Assembly: GCF_013177435.1 (NCBI RefSeq)
Contig: NZ_CP053627.1
Coordinates: forward strand, 1,740,001 to 1,772,000
DNA length: 32,000 nt
Direction: 5' to 3'
DNA from: Xylella taiwanensis
Lineage (GTDB): Bacteria; Pseudomonadota; Gammaproteobacteria; Xanthomonadales; Xanthomonadaceae
Below the pieces are notes generated by a model. It was not told the DNA's origin. It was given only the letters and a program-made list of their open reading frames with translations, and did no database searches. This document shows, one piece after another, positions 11,100 to 20,443 of the stretch. Made by a program: the position numbers and the translations under genes. Positions within the stretch are counted from its first letter, which is position 1. Each line of letters opens with the position of its first letter.

Positions 11100-11842
11100 G
11101 CATGCAGTCCCTCGTCCGAACCGACCGCATCAACGAATGCATCCTCCAGATTGTCCTTTCCAGTTTGTGCGCGCAGTTCATCGCCACTACCGGCCGCCAC
11201 TACCTTGCCCTTAGCAATAACAATGATGTGATCACACAACGCTGCCACTTCTTGCATGACATGGCTTGAGAAGATAATACAACGGCCTTCGGCACGTAGC
11301 TGGCGGAGAAAATCTCGTAACTTACGTGTGGTCATCACATCCAAGCCATTCGTCGGCTCATCTAAAATGACGTTACGTGGGTCATGCACCAATGCGCGTG
11401 CGATTGCGATCTTAGTGCGTTGACCATGGCTGAAGCCTGCAGCCTGACGGTCGAGAATGTCGTCCATATCCAACGCCTTCGACAGTATGGAGACACGCTC
11501 GGCGATGTATATACGCGACAAGCCATGCAGTTCACCGAAATAGGCAATGTTCTCGCGCGCAGTCAAGCGCTTATAAACACCACATGCATCTGGCAATACA
11601 CCAAGTCCACGACGAACCGTCATCGGATCGCTCGCCGCATCCACGCCGTCCACGCTGATGCAGCCCTGATCTGGGACCAATAACGTATAGAGCATGCGCA
11701 ACGTCGTCGTCTTTCCCGCGCCGTTGGGACCGAGCAACCCCATGATTCGACCATCTGGGGCGTGGAAACTGACGTCCTTTACCGCCTTGACCAGCCCTCC
11801 CTTGGTCTTGAAAGACTTATAAAGATGTTCAGCGGTAATCAT
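11096..11842 (-). CDS. ABC transporter ATP-binding protein (NatA-like)
   Basis: The motifs present are Walker A GLLGPNGAGKTT, signature variant FSHGQRTKIAIARAL, Walker B VILDEPTNGLD and H-loop FSSH. The ORF track start 11851 is a GTG. The ATG at 11842 forms an ATGA overlap with the stop of the upstream hydrolase gene. Confidence 0.93.
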   Translation of the reverse strand: MITAEHLYKSFKTKGGLVKAVKDVSFHAPDGRIMGLLGPNGAGKTTTLRMLYTLLVPDQGCISVDGVDAASDPMTVRRGLGVLPDACGVYKRLTARENIAYFGELHGLSRIYIAERVSILSKALDMDDILDRQAAGFSHGQRTKIAIARALVHDPRNVILDEPTNGLDVMTTRKLRDFLRQLRAEGRCIIFSSHVMQEVAALCDHIIVIAKGKVVAAGSGDELRAQTGKDNLEDAFVDAVGSDEGLHA

Positions 11843-13374
11843 GGTTCCCACCCGTTGAACGAGGTGAATACTGGCACGTTACCGAGATGCTGCACACAGC
11901 CTGCATCAAGCGAAGCAGCATCAGCACGATCGATAAACTGGCCAATCAACTTGGAGACACATCCCAAGCGGATGGTGCCATGGCCCTGGCCAGGTGCAAC
12001 GATGTGACGACCGTAACGCAAGCCTTTAAGCAACTTTTCGGCGTAATTTGGTGGCGTCACAGGATCACGCTCACCTGATAGTAGCAACGTCGGGAGGTCG
12101 GAAACGAACGGCATCATGAAGTCAGCCGGACGGATACCAGTGGGCCAAACCTTGCAGGGGGCAAAAAACATCTGTGCAACCTTTGATCCAAGCAGGGTGC
12201 CTCCAACATTGGCAGTGGTTACGTAGCGGTCCGCATCCTCAGCACAAATCACAGACCACTGCAACGCACGGTTCACCTGATCATCCATGTCACGCTTAAC
12301 AAGCTGAAACAGCGACATTAGCGGTGTGTAATGCCCTGAAGCGGCCTCGTTCAGGATCAATGGCAACAATGCAGCCAACTCTGGTACATATGAGAGACCA
12401 AAGGCCAAGCTAACCACGGTGTCGGCAGTGATACGACCACGGCGCATCTCACCAGTGCCAGGATCACGATATTCCACCTCGCTCCCCTGACGCAGACGCT
12501 TCATCAAGGTACGCAGCTGCTGCCGATTGTCGATCGGAAAACGCTTGCTGCAGGATGGATTCTTACGGCACTGTGTATCCTGCAACGCGATTGCATTCTC
12601 GAATGTGGTGGAGAATTCACCACCGATCACCAACTCATTCGGAACCACTCCGTCCATAGTCAAGGTACGGGTGTGGGCACGATAACGGCGCGCATATTGC
12701 TGCACCACACGGGTGCCGTAAGAGGTGCCGATCAGGTTGATTTTATCCACACTGAGTGCGGTACGTACCATGTCCAAATCGGTGACCGCTTCGGTAGTGG
12801 TGTAATAGCGAGGATCAGCACGACCCTGTAACGAAACAGCACAACGCTGTGCAAACGCGGCGTATTGCACTGGTATTGTGGCGTTCTCTGCTTCCGACTC
12901 AAGCACCCTACCCTGCGCATCTACACATGCGAGTGGATGCGAACCACCGGTGCCACGCTGATCAACGAAGAAGATGTCGCGCTTTTTACGTACCTCGTTC
13001 AGACTTGGCGCCATCGCAGCAACCACTCCAGTCGCTGCTTGACCCGGACCTCCAGCAATGAAAAACACCGGGTCTGGCGCAGGATGACTACCGTTGTCAC
13101 GCTCCAGCCAAGCAATCTTCAGCGTAATCCTACGTCCTTCAGGTAAAGACGGATTCTCCAGCACCGGTAGTTGCGCGCACAACACCTGGATGTGTCCAGC
13201 ACCGCGTGCACTCAGTGTGCATGGCTCAAAACGCAAACTTCCGTAGTAGCGGACCAGAGGTTGGATATCTGCAGATGATGACGCTTCAAACAACGAAGTA
13301 GCTACACTCCTTGGGCAATAGACAAAAACACTACCCACAGCAAGCACTAGAATCATCCAATATTTCTTCGACAT
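11839..13374 (-). CDS. Secreted alpha/beta hydrolase, S33 family (proline iminopeptidase / tripeptidyl-aminopeptidase-like)
   Basis: The first ATG followed by a signal peptide is at 13374 (MSKKYWMILVLAVGSVFVYCP...). The oxyanion-type motif is FFIAGGPGQAA and the nucleophile elbow is GTSYG. The C-terminal Asp (SGERDPVTP) and His (GQGHG) complete a Ser-Asp-His triad. Confidence 0.9.
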   Translation of the reverse strand: MSKKYWMILVLAVGSVFVYCPRSVATSLFEASSSADIQPLVRYYGSLRFEPCTLSARGAGHIQVLCAQLPVLENPSLPEGRRITLKIAWLERDNGSHPAPDPVFFIAGGPGQAATGVVAAMAPSLNEVRKKRDIFFVDQRGTGGSHPLACVDAQGRVLESEAENATIPVQYAAFAQRCAVSLQGRADPRYYTTTEAVTDLDMVRTALSVDKINLIGTSYGTRVVQQYARRYRAHTRTLTMDGVVPNELVIGGEFSTTFENAIALQDTQCRKNPSCSKRFPIDNRQQLRTLMKRLRQGSEVEYRDPGTGEMRRGRITADTVVSLAFGLSYVPELAALLPLILNEAASGHYTPLMSLFQLVKRDMDDQVNRALQWSVICAEDADRYVTTANVGGTLLGSKVAQMFFAPCKVWPTGIRPADFMMPFVSDLPTLLLSGERDPVTPPNYAEKLLKGLRYGRHIVAPGQGHGTIRLGCVSKLIGQFIDRADAASLDAGCVQHLGNVPVFTSFNGWEP

Positions 13375-14451
13375 CCGTGTGACTTCTCTTCGTATGATAC
13401 GTCTATGACCCAAGGTCATAGCCAAGTGTGGTCAATACATAGAATCATTTAATCACAATCATACTTCTTCGATACTGTCACCAAACAATCAAAAGCAGGA
13501 AGACTCAAAAAGCTAGCATGGAATTGTATTTGCCGCTCTTTTACCAAATGTGTGGTTTGGAAGGCGAATCCTACAGTCGCTCAATCGGTCCACTCTATCA
13601 TCAGAGTGGATCAGCATTATGGCGTACTTGCAGATGTGCAGCGCATATCCCGGCATATCGAGTAGCACGTTCGTACAAGTCAAACATGAAACCAGTTATC
13701 TGTTCAGCGTAACGCATGCCAGACCTTCAAGCACTCTGTACATCTACCTGACGACACTCTGCCTTGTCTGGCCAACCTCCACGTAGAAACGTGCGATCTT
13801 TATCCCTGCATCGGTGCCCTGTCCCCATGGATCGGCATCCCAGACACAGATACACGAAGCGACATTGCTTAAACTACATAACATGACAAGATCGTCGATT
13901 TCTTTAGCCATATTCATCTATCAAGCGTTAAAGCTGAATGACCCCATACGCTGTGTTGTATTGGCACTCAATGGTCTTGCTCAACACAGCATACGGAAAC
14001 CAATACAGAGACTCCTTAAGCCGATAACGGAAACAACGATTTTATTTTCATTAAAAATGTCTGGCTCAACCAATGAGCAGCAGCAAGATCGATGTTCATC
14101 ATTCATAACGACGGTTGTAGCAGAGACGGCATATCAAGCTGTTTTGCAATAACGAGACATAACTGTAGTGGTGCAGCGGACCATTCATAAACAATCGTCG
14201 ATGGTATCTGACCATTCGGTTATCTCAGTAGCCTTATAGGGCTAGCAATTGATGTCAGTTCCAGTTGTTCAGTGTTCACCACATTTCGTAAAAAATCCCT
14301 TTAGCGATCTCAATAAACAACCGTGCAATGCCGATAGAACAAAAAATTGACTCCAAGATCAACGGGATATGAAATTTATCTAAGTCTGATTTGTGGAACA
14401 GGAAAAAGCGGCTGTAGAATCCAGCCAGTCACAAGTTATTGATTACTCGGG

Positions 14452-15804
14452 ATGGCCATAATGAAGCAACAGGGCTGGTACCGGGGTTTGCGTCTCGTTG
14501 CAACTGGATTACTGGGCAGCTTAATGCCCTTCACCCTCAGTTCCACAGATCAGACTCCAGTCGTCGAGCCGCAGTCCTTGCCGCCAATCGCTACTGTAGA
14601 CGATGCACAAGAGAAAGTGGCACTGCCAACGCACCGTTTCGATATCAAAGCAATCGAATCGATAGCCGAGCAACTTACCTATGGGCAAAAAGTCCCAGGG
14701 TTGGCAATGGCAATTGTCCAAGGTGGACATATCCTTAGTATGCGCGGCTATGGAATCAACGATGTCAGCAACCCACAGCCTGTGAATGCACACACCGTTT
14801 TCCGTCTTGCTTCACTTTCCAAAGCCTTTGCCAGCGCCATGGCCGGTTTGCTTGTCAACGACGGCATCCTAAGCTGGGATAGCAAGGTTGTGGATTACGT
14901 CCCCGGCTTCCACCTCAGCAACCCAACCGCCACCCGCAAGTTGACTGTCGCCGATGTGCTCAGCCATCGCGTCGGCCTAAGTCGCAATGCCTATGACGGC
15001 GAAATCGAATCAAATGCCGACTATTATTCACTGAATCGCAAGCTGGCTTATGCACCGCTGATCTGCGCCCCAGGTGATTGCTATTCCTACCAAAACGTGG
15101 CCTTCAGCCTTATCGGCGACGTGGTGTTTGCTGCCTCAGGCAATTTTTATGAGCAAGCGGTGGAACGCCGTATCTTTAAGCCACTGGGCATGAATGACGC
15201 CAGCCTTGGATTGGCTGGAATTCAGTCCAGTCAAAGTTGGGCACGACCACACACACACGGCAAAAGGGGATGGAACCCCGTCATGGTCAAACAGACTTAC
15301 TACCACTTGGCACCGGCAGCAGGCGTTAACGCCAGTGCTAGCGATATGGCTCAATGGCTACTGGCACAAACAGGGCATCGACCGGAGGTGCTACCCGCAC
15401 CATTGCTAGTCACACTACACACACCACTTATCAGCACACCAAGTGAAGTCCGCCCAGGCTGGCGCCGAGAACGTTTATTGTCAGCAAGCTACGCATTGGG
15501 CTGGCGCGTGTTCAACTACGATAAACACCAAATCGTGTTCCACGCTGGTGCGGTACAAGGCTATCGTGGTTTAGTCGCATTAGTACCAGAACGCGATTTT
15601 GGGGTAGCCATTTTATGGAATGGTGAAACCGGACTACCTTCCGGACTACTACTCACCATCCTAGACCGCGCACTCGGATTGCGGGGACAACACCGCCTGG
15701 ACATCGAAGCCGATAGCGACTTCAGCAGCGAAAACATGCTAGCCAAGAAAACGGACGAATCGAATCCCCACAACGCTTTGGAAAACAAGCCACCACCGCG
15801 TTAG
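14452..15804 (+). CDS. Serine hydrolase of the class C beta-lactamase / PBP4*-esterase family, exported
   Basis: It has an N-terminal signal-like segment (LRLVATGLLGSLMPF). The three family motifs appear in order: SxxK (ASLSKAF), YxN (YSYQNVAF) and HxG (VFHAGAVQGY). The C-terminal ~40 aa is a low-complexity acidic tail. Confidence 0.9.
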   Translation: MAIMKQQGWYRGLRLVATGLLGSLMPFTLSSTDQTPVVEPQSLPPIATVDDAQEKVALPTHRFDIKAIESIAEQLTYGQKVPGLAMAIVQGGHILSMRGYGINDVSNPQPVNAHTVFRLASLSKAFASAMAGLLVNDGILSWDSKVVDYVPGFHLSNPTATRKLTVADVLSHRVGLSRNAYDGEIESNADYYSLNRKLAYAPLICAPGDCYSYQNVAFSLIGDVVFAASGNFYEQAVERRIFKPLGMNDASLGLAGIQSSQSWARPHTHGKRGWNPVMVKQTYYHLAPAAGVNASASDMAQWLLAQTGHRPEVLPAPLLVTLHTPLISTPSEVRPGWRRERLLSASYALGWRVFNYDKHQIVFHAGAVQGYRGLVALVPERDFGVAILWNGETGLPSGLLLTILDRALGLRGQHRLDIEADSDFSSENMLAKKTDESNPHNALENKPPPR

Positions 15805-16567
15805 TTCCCCCTCCTTTAGTTACATCTACATCAGAGCGTTTTGCTGGTAGACAGTATGCCAAGAGTGTCAGATCTGGGCTGGTCGGAGCGTGATTTCGTC
15901 ACGATTTCTCAGCACCAGAAGTGCTTGCAAGTTACCATCTCCTATATCGTGGCAAGAGCGGTGTTTTGGAACATATGCTGGATAGCACGAGTGTCAAGAT
16001 GCCCGGTGAGCAGGAATGGAAAATGAAGAAGCATGATGCTGACTACTGTCGTCAGTGGCACAAGGTAGGTCTGGGATTTGACGCCCGTATCATGGAAATA
16101 CGGGCCATTAAGGTCACCAGCAAAGGTGTGGGTGATCCACCGATTCGGTCGAAGCTGGCCAGGCCAGATGGCCTCGGCCATCACCATTGCCACGTAGCTG
16201 ATTGAGAGGCTGACGACACCAAGATTTGCCATGCGGCCAGCAGCTATTGGGCGGCTCTGCACCTAATCCCTGTTACCATCACCACATCATAAATCCGCCC
16301 TTGATTGTCGATGTCTGACCTTCGCATGTATAGCACCACTGTTGCAGGATCAGCTAAAAACATGCTGCCAACACGCCTTCAAAACGATTAGGAGCTGGCC
16401 CTGAATCACAGGGACATCATTTCACTGTCAGCAACCATATCGATAGATTCAGCAAAACTTGCAATCTGAGGGAACCACAACAAACCTACCCCCAGATTTA
16501 GCTCTCAGCTCTTCAGAATCATTGATGCAGAAGGCCATTCGCTTCGTTATTTAAAGAGCGGCTGTAC

Positions 16568-17455
16568 TCAAGCTACCAGTGCCAAGCGCGCGTCTTGCCC
16601 AGGTCCGACGCGGACATACGACACAATGACACCGTGTGCATCTAGCACTGCACAGAACTGCCGCTGTCGCGCCAGGAACTGCTGGTAAAGCACGGATAAC
16701 CGCTCACATTCACTGCAATCTTGCTGGTAATACGCACACCAGCTGACCAGATCGAACAATGCCATTCGCACCTCACCGCTGATATAACGCAACAAGGGCT
16801 GTGGCGGTGCGTCTAACCACTCCTCAGTTCGCGGGGCCAGTAATGCCGCCTCTAAAAGCGGCCACAGTATCCCAAGGCCCTGGTTGTCATACTGTATTGA
16901 CATCATCGCAACCAAATCATGGACCGTCATATAACGTGCATGTTCGATCTGTGCACTAAACACAGCCTGCGCCAACAAAGCGGTATTAGCCTGGACCATT
17001 CCCTGGGTCAGCAGCACCTCTTCCAAAACTTCAGCCACTGCATCAACCTGCTCGGGCACACCGCTGAGCAAAAACGGCAGCACACGCAGCCGCCCGCCAT
17101 TCAAAGTAGAGTCGGCTCTGAACGGCAACGGTACTTCTCCGTTTACGTTAGCGCCGAAGGCCAACACACGCGGTCCTTGATGACATCGGGGTACTTGCGT
17201 CTGTAACTCTTCAAGATACCGATGCAGCGGCCACCCCGGACGCAATACCTCAGCCGGGTCAAAATGCGCCGCAGCGAAACTCAGTTCTAGAGCACTTACC
17301 TGCGGCACCCACTGCGCAAGGTCGCAGCCGACATGCTCAGCCAGCACCCCAGCCTGATCGGGTCGCAACGCCGCGTGAGCGGGCACAGTATCCCCGGCCA
17401 GTTCCAGCACCAATACCCCCATTGCGGAAGCTACGGGTTCAGTTCTGCTTATCAT
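16568..17455 (-). CDS. Hypothetical protein (295 aa, acidic, Leu/Ala-rich, no motif I recognise)
   Basis: This is a long uninterrupted ORF with an ATG start (17455; alternative ATG at 17422) in a region where all other frames are closed. G+C looks at or above the window average. It has no signal peptide or TM segment, and a Cys cluster near the C-terminus (WCAYYQQDCSECERL...FCAV). Coding status is inferred from length and composition only. Confidence 0.65.
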   Translation of the reverse strand: MISRTEPVASAMGVLVLELAGDTVPAHAALRPDQAGVLAEHVGCDLAQWVPQVSALELSFAAAHFDPAEVLRPGWPLHRYLEELQTQVPRCHQGPRVLAFGANVNGEVPLPFRADSTLNGGRLRVLPFLLSGVPEQVDAVAEVLEEVLLTQGMVQANTALLAQAVFSAQIEHARYMTVHDLVAMMSIQYDNQGLGILWPLLEAALLAPRTEEWLDAPPQPLLRYISGEVRMALFDLVSWCAYYQQDCSECERLSVLYQQFLARQRQFCAVLDAHGVIVSYVRVGPGQDARLALVA

Positions 17456-17506
17456 GCACGGTTGGTCTACCCATGAGTGGAAGCTACACCGCGGGGATTA
17501 TGCCTG

Positions 17507-18587
17507 ATGCCTGTACGTCCCCAGAGTCCCCCGATACCCACAGCAGCACGCGCCGTTGCCATCCTCGGTGGTGTACGCACTCCATATCTGCCGTCAAAAC
17601 ACGGCTTACACGGACAGTTGAACGCTTCTAGCTGGATGGTCAATGGTCAAACGTTGGGTGAAGTAACAATGGGAGCAGCAATCACACACTCCTCGGACTG
17701 GCACTTAGCATAGGAAGCCACACTGTCCTCTGGCTTGTCGTCACTGTCCCCTCGCATCACTCTGCAACGAGCATGCAGTACCAGCCTGGATTCAATCATT
17801 ACTATTGCCAACTAAGATCACCCTGAGGCAGTCGAATCGAGGATCGACGGTCACTCGAACACTACCTCCGTTGTGCCTATCAGCTATAGCAAGAAAATGG
17901 GTACACGTCTTCTGGCAACCCATCGACTTAAACACACAGGCGAAAAAGCGATGGTACTCACACAGAGCTTCAAATTCTTCGCACTCAAGCCCGAGTTCCC
18001 GAACATAGTCGAATCACAACCGGTCAAAAGCATGTGGGATCACTGCGGAAACATGGACAAACAATGGCACACCGCACGCGAAACACAGGACACATGGACG
18101 GTCACATCACACCATAAGCTGGCCATTGCTTACGCGCGCGGTTTCTTCCCCGTGGTGTTGGCCACGATAACACCCTGCTCCTTAATACCTCGATTGAGAA
18201 ACTTATCACGCTAAAATGCGTCTTCGATAAAACTTTTGGTCGCAGCACCTTGACTGCCGTCAATTTAAGTCCACTCACCGATGGCGTCGCTCCAGTGATT
18301 GCGCAGCGATGCGCGTACCAGCGCCCACAGCCATAGCACACCGCACTTAGGAGAGCAGCGATGACTGCTGTAACCGTTTAGGGCTTGATCCACCATTGGG
18401 ACAGATCAATCCTGAAAAAAATCAATCTGCTTGGCTCCTCTCGGACCACCAGGCACCCCTTCACTGGCACTGGTGCGCAATCGTTGCCACTGCGGCAAAA
18501 GCACTGTAAGAGCGCGGCAACGATCACACATACATCTCGATCTGTACTGCCGGTGGTATAGGCGTAATTGCCATCATCGAACGCTAA
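17507..18587 (+). pseudogene. Decayed thiolase (acetyl-CoA C-acyltransferase, FadI/YfcY-like) gene
   Basis: A single + frame from ATG 17507 reads MPVRPQSPPIPTAARAVAILGGVRTPYLPSKHG...LGEVTMGAAITHSSDWHLA*EATLSSGLSSLSPRITLQRACSTSLDSIITIAN*DHPEAVESRIDGHSNTTSVVPISYSKK...PEFPNIVESQPVKSMWDHCGNMDKQWHTARETQDTWTVTSHHKLAIAYARGFF...LRNLSR*. These are thiolase blocks: the N-terminal VAIvGG.R.P, the active-site 'ACsTsL' block and 'SHqkaA.AYa.GFF'. The frame is broken by stops at 17711-13, 17813-15 and 18212-14. Further downstream, INLLGSSRTTRHPFTGTGAQ and the C-terminal YISICTAGGIGVIAIIER* (stop 18585-87) lie in other frames. The total span is shorter than a normal thiolase gene of about 1.2-1.3 kb. Confidence 0.85.
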
Positions 18588-19412
18588 ACCGTACCGATTG
18601 CTCGTAGCTGCACGAAACCTCAGGACAAACCGCAATACAAATATTCATGCAGTTGGATCAACGATGTCCACATAAAATTCCGAGAAAAAAACAAATCTCA
18701 CACTTTAATCATCATGTCTCCGATCTCGCGCGACTCCACGCTGCAGGGAGGCTCCATCTCAAGTGATCGCCTTGCTGCTGAGAGACCGCACAAGTGACCA
18801 TTCCACCTGGCAATTCCCCTTGGATTCCAGGCTGTACCTGCTCATTCTGTTTGGGAGCCTGATCTACACGATCATCATCAATTATGTCTGATATATGGAC
18901 AACAACAACGCTGAAAATTCATTACATTAAAAGCTGTTTCGATTGATATCTACAGATGCTTCATGACAGTATGTTGAATCGCGGAAAGCTGTTGCAGGTC
19001 ATTTCAAAACATGATCCAAGACACACAATTATCATGCAAAAAGAACTTTTACTTACTAAATGAAATCCCACAACGCTGCTGACAAATCAATATCGATGTA
19101 GATGATCTTCCAACTGACCAACCACCCGGGACAACTCCTCGCCCAATCTGTCGAGGAATACCTGTATCACAATGGTTAAGCAACTACCTCAGCATTTCTA
19201 CCATTGAAGATCATCGGCAAACAATTTCCCTAGAAGCCAAATGAGCGGGTCTCCAATACTAATGCGTCCGGTACTGTGACAACCGTTGCATCACCTTATG
19301 AAAACGTTCCATCACATTGGTGAATCAGCAGTCAAAGCACGATTGCCAAGATCAAACGCAATGCACAAATAATGTTCGCTATTGGATGAACTCATGAATG
19401 TCAGTCAACACG

Positions 19413-19511
19413 TTACCAACAGAGTGATACTGATCCCGATGAAGTAATCAAACGAATTGCTAAACGCCCAACCGCCAGCACAATGAGAAGGAACCCTACG
19501 ACGATGCTCAT
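19413..19511 (-). CDS. Candidate small hydrophobic peptide (32 aa), divergent from the TetR gene
   Basis: ATG 19511..19509 is preceded by GGAG with a 7-nt spacer. The product is MSIVVGFLLIVLAVGRLAIRLITSSGSVSLCW, one predicted TM helix followed by basic residues. It is below the ORF track length cutoff and has no homology support. Confidence 0.3.
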   Translation of the reverse strand: MSIVVGFLLIVLAVGRLAIRLITSSGSVSLCW

Positions 19512-19780
19512 CGGATCACTCCAACGATGTCCTCGGTTTGAATGACACGATACTCAACCAAAAACTTGGAATGATACTGGCCGTTCTGGCAATCACTTTA
19601 AAAGATATCCCACTATTCCGCCCCGCAAGTTGATCAACACTGGAGAGAGGCCCAGGACAACGGAAATACTGTCAAATGTGTGATGGTGTCGAATACAGTT
19701 GACCGCTTCCAATACTTATAAACATGATCATTCAATCATTCGAATCAGCAGCTGATACAAGCGTATGGTTAAATCTCACG

Positions 19781-20398
19781 ATGACCCACGATACCTCTCA
19801 ATCCCCTGTCCCAAACCGTACCACAGGGACCCGCAGCAACCGACTCACCGCTGACAACTGGATCCAAGCTGCACTAGATCTGATAGCCGAACAGGGCATC
19901 GACGCCGTCGCAGTCGAGCCACTTGCACGCCACCTCGGAGTGACCAAGGGTAGTTTTTACTGGCATTTCCCATCACGTGACGCCCTACTGCAAGCAGCAC
20001 TGGAACGCTGGGAAACAATCGAACAAGAACAGGTGTTCAACAGCCTTAAAGACGTAACAGATCCCACTGCACGACTACGCGCATTGTTCCAACTGGTCGC
20101 CCATCAGATCAAGCCTCATGCCATCTATAATAAACTCCTCAAAACATTGGACCACCCATCAGTACGTCCAGTGGTCGATCGCGTCTCACGGCGTTGTCTG
20201 GACTATCTGGTTACCTCGTTCCGCCAAGTCGGCATGAGCTATACCCATGCACAACACCGCGCACGCTTAGCCTACACAGCCTATGTCGGATTCCTACAAC
20301 TGTCGCTGCCACTACAACAACCCAAAGAAGCACGCGAAGAATTCGAAGCGTATGTTGAACACATCATCCAGACATTGATCCCCTACAATATTGGCTAA
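19781..20398 (+). CDS. TetR/AcrR family transcriptional regulator
   Basis: The N-terminal HTH is typical of TetR: NWIQAALDLIAEQGIDAVAVEPLARHLGVTKGSFYWHFPSRDALLQAALERW. The ORF track starts at ATG 19724; the ATG at 19781 (MTHDTSQSP...) gives a more typical length. The start is uncertain. Confidence 0.92.
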   Translation: MTHDTSQSPVPNRTTGTRSNRLTADNWIQAALDLIAEQGIDAVAVEPLARHLGVTKGSFYWHFPSRDALLQAALERWETIEQEQVFNSLKDVTDPTARLRALFQLVAHQIKPHAIYNKLLKTLDHPSVRPVVDRVSRRCLDYLVTSFRQVGMSYTHAQHRARLAYTAYVGFLQLSLPLQQPKEAREEFEAYVEHIIQTLIPYNIG

Positions 20399-20443
20399 TT
20401 GATTGATAAAAAAAGATGTGATTTATAGCGTTAGCATCTGTGC

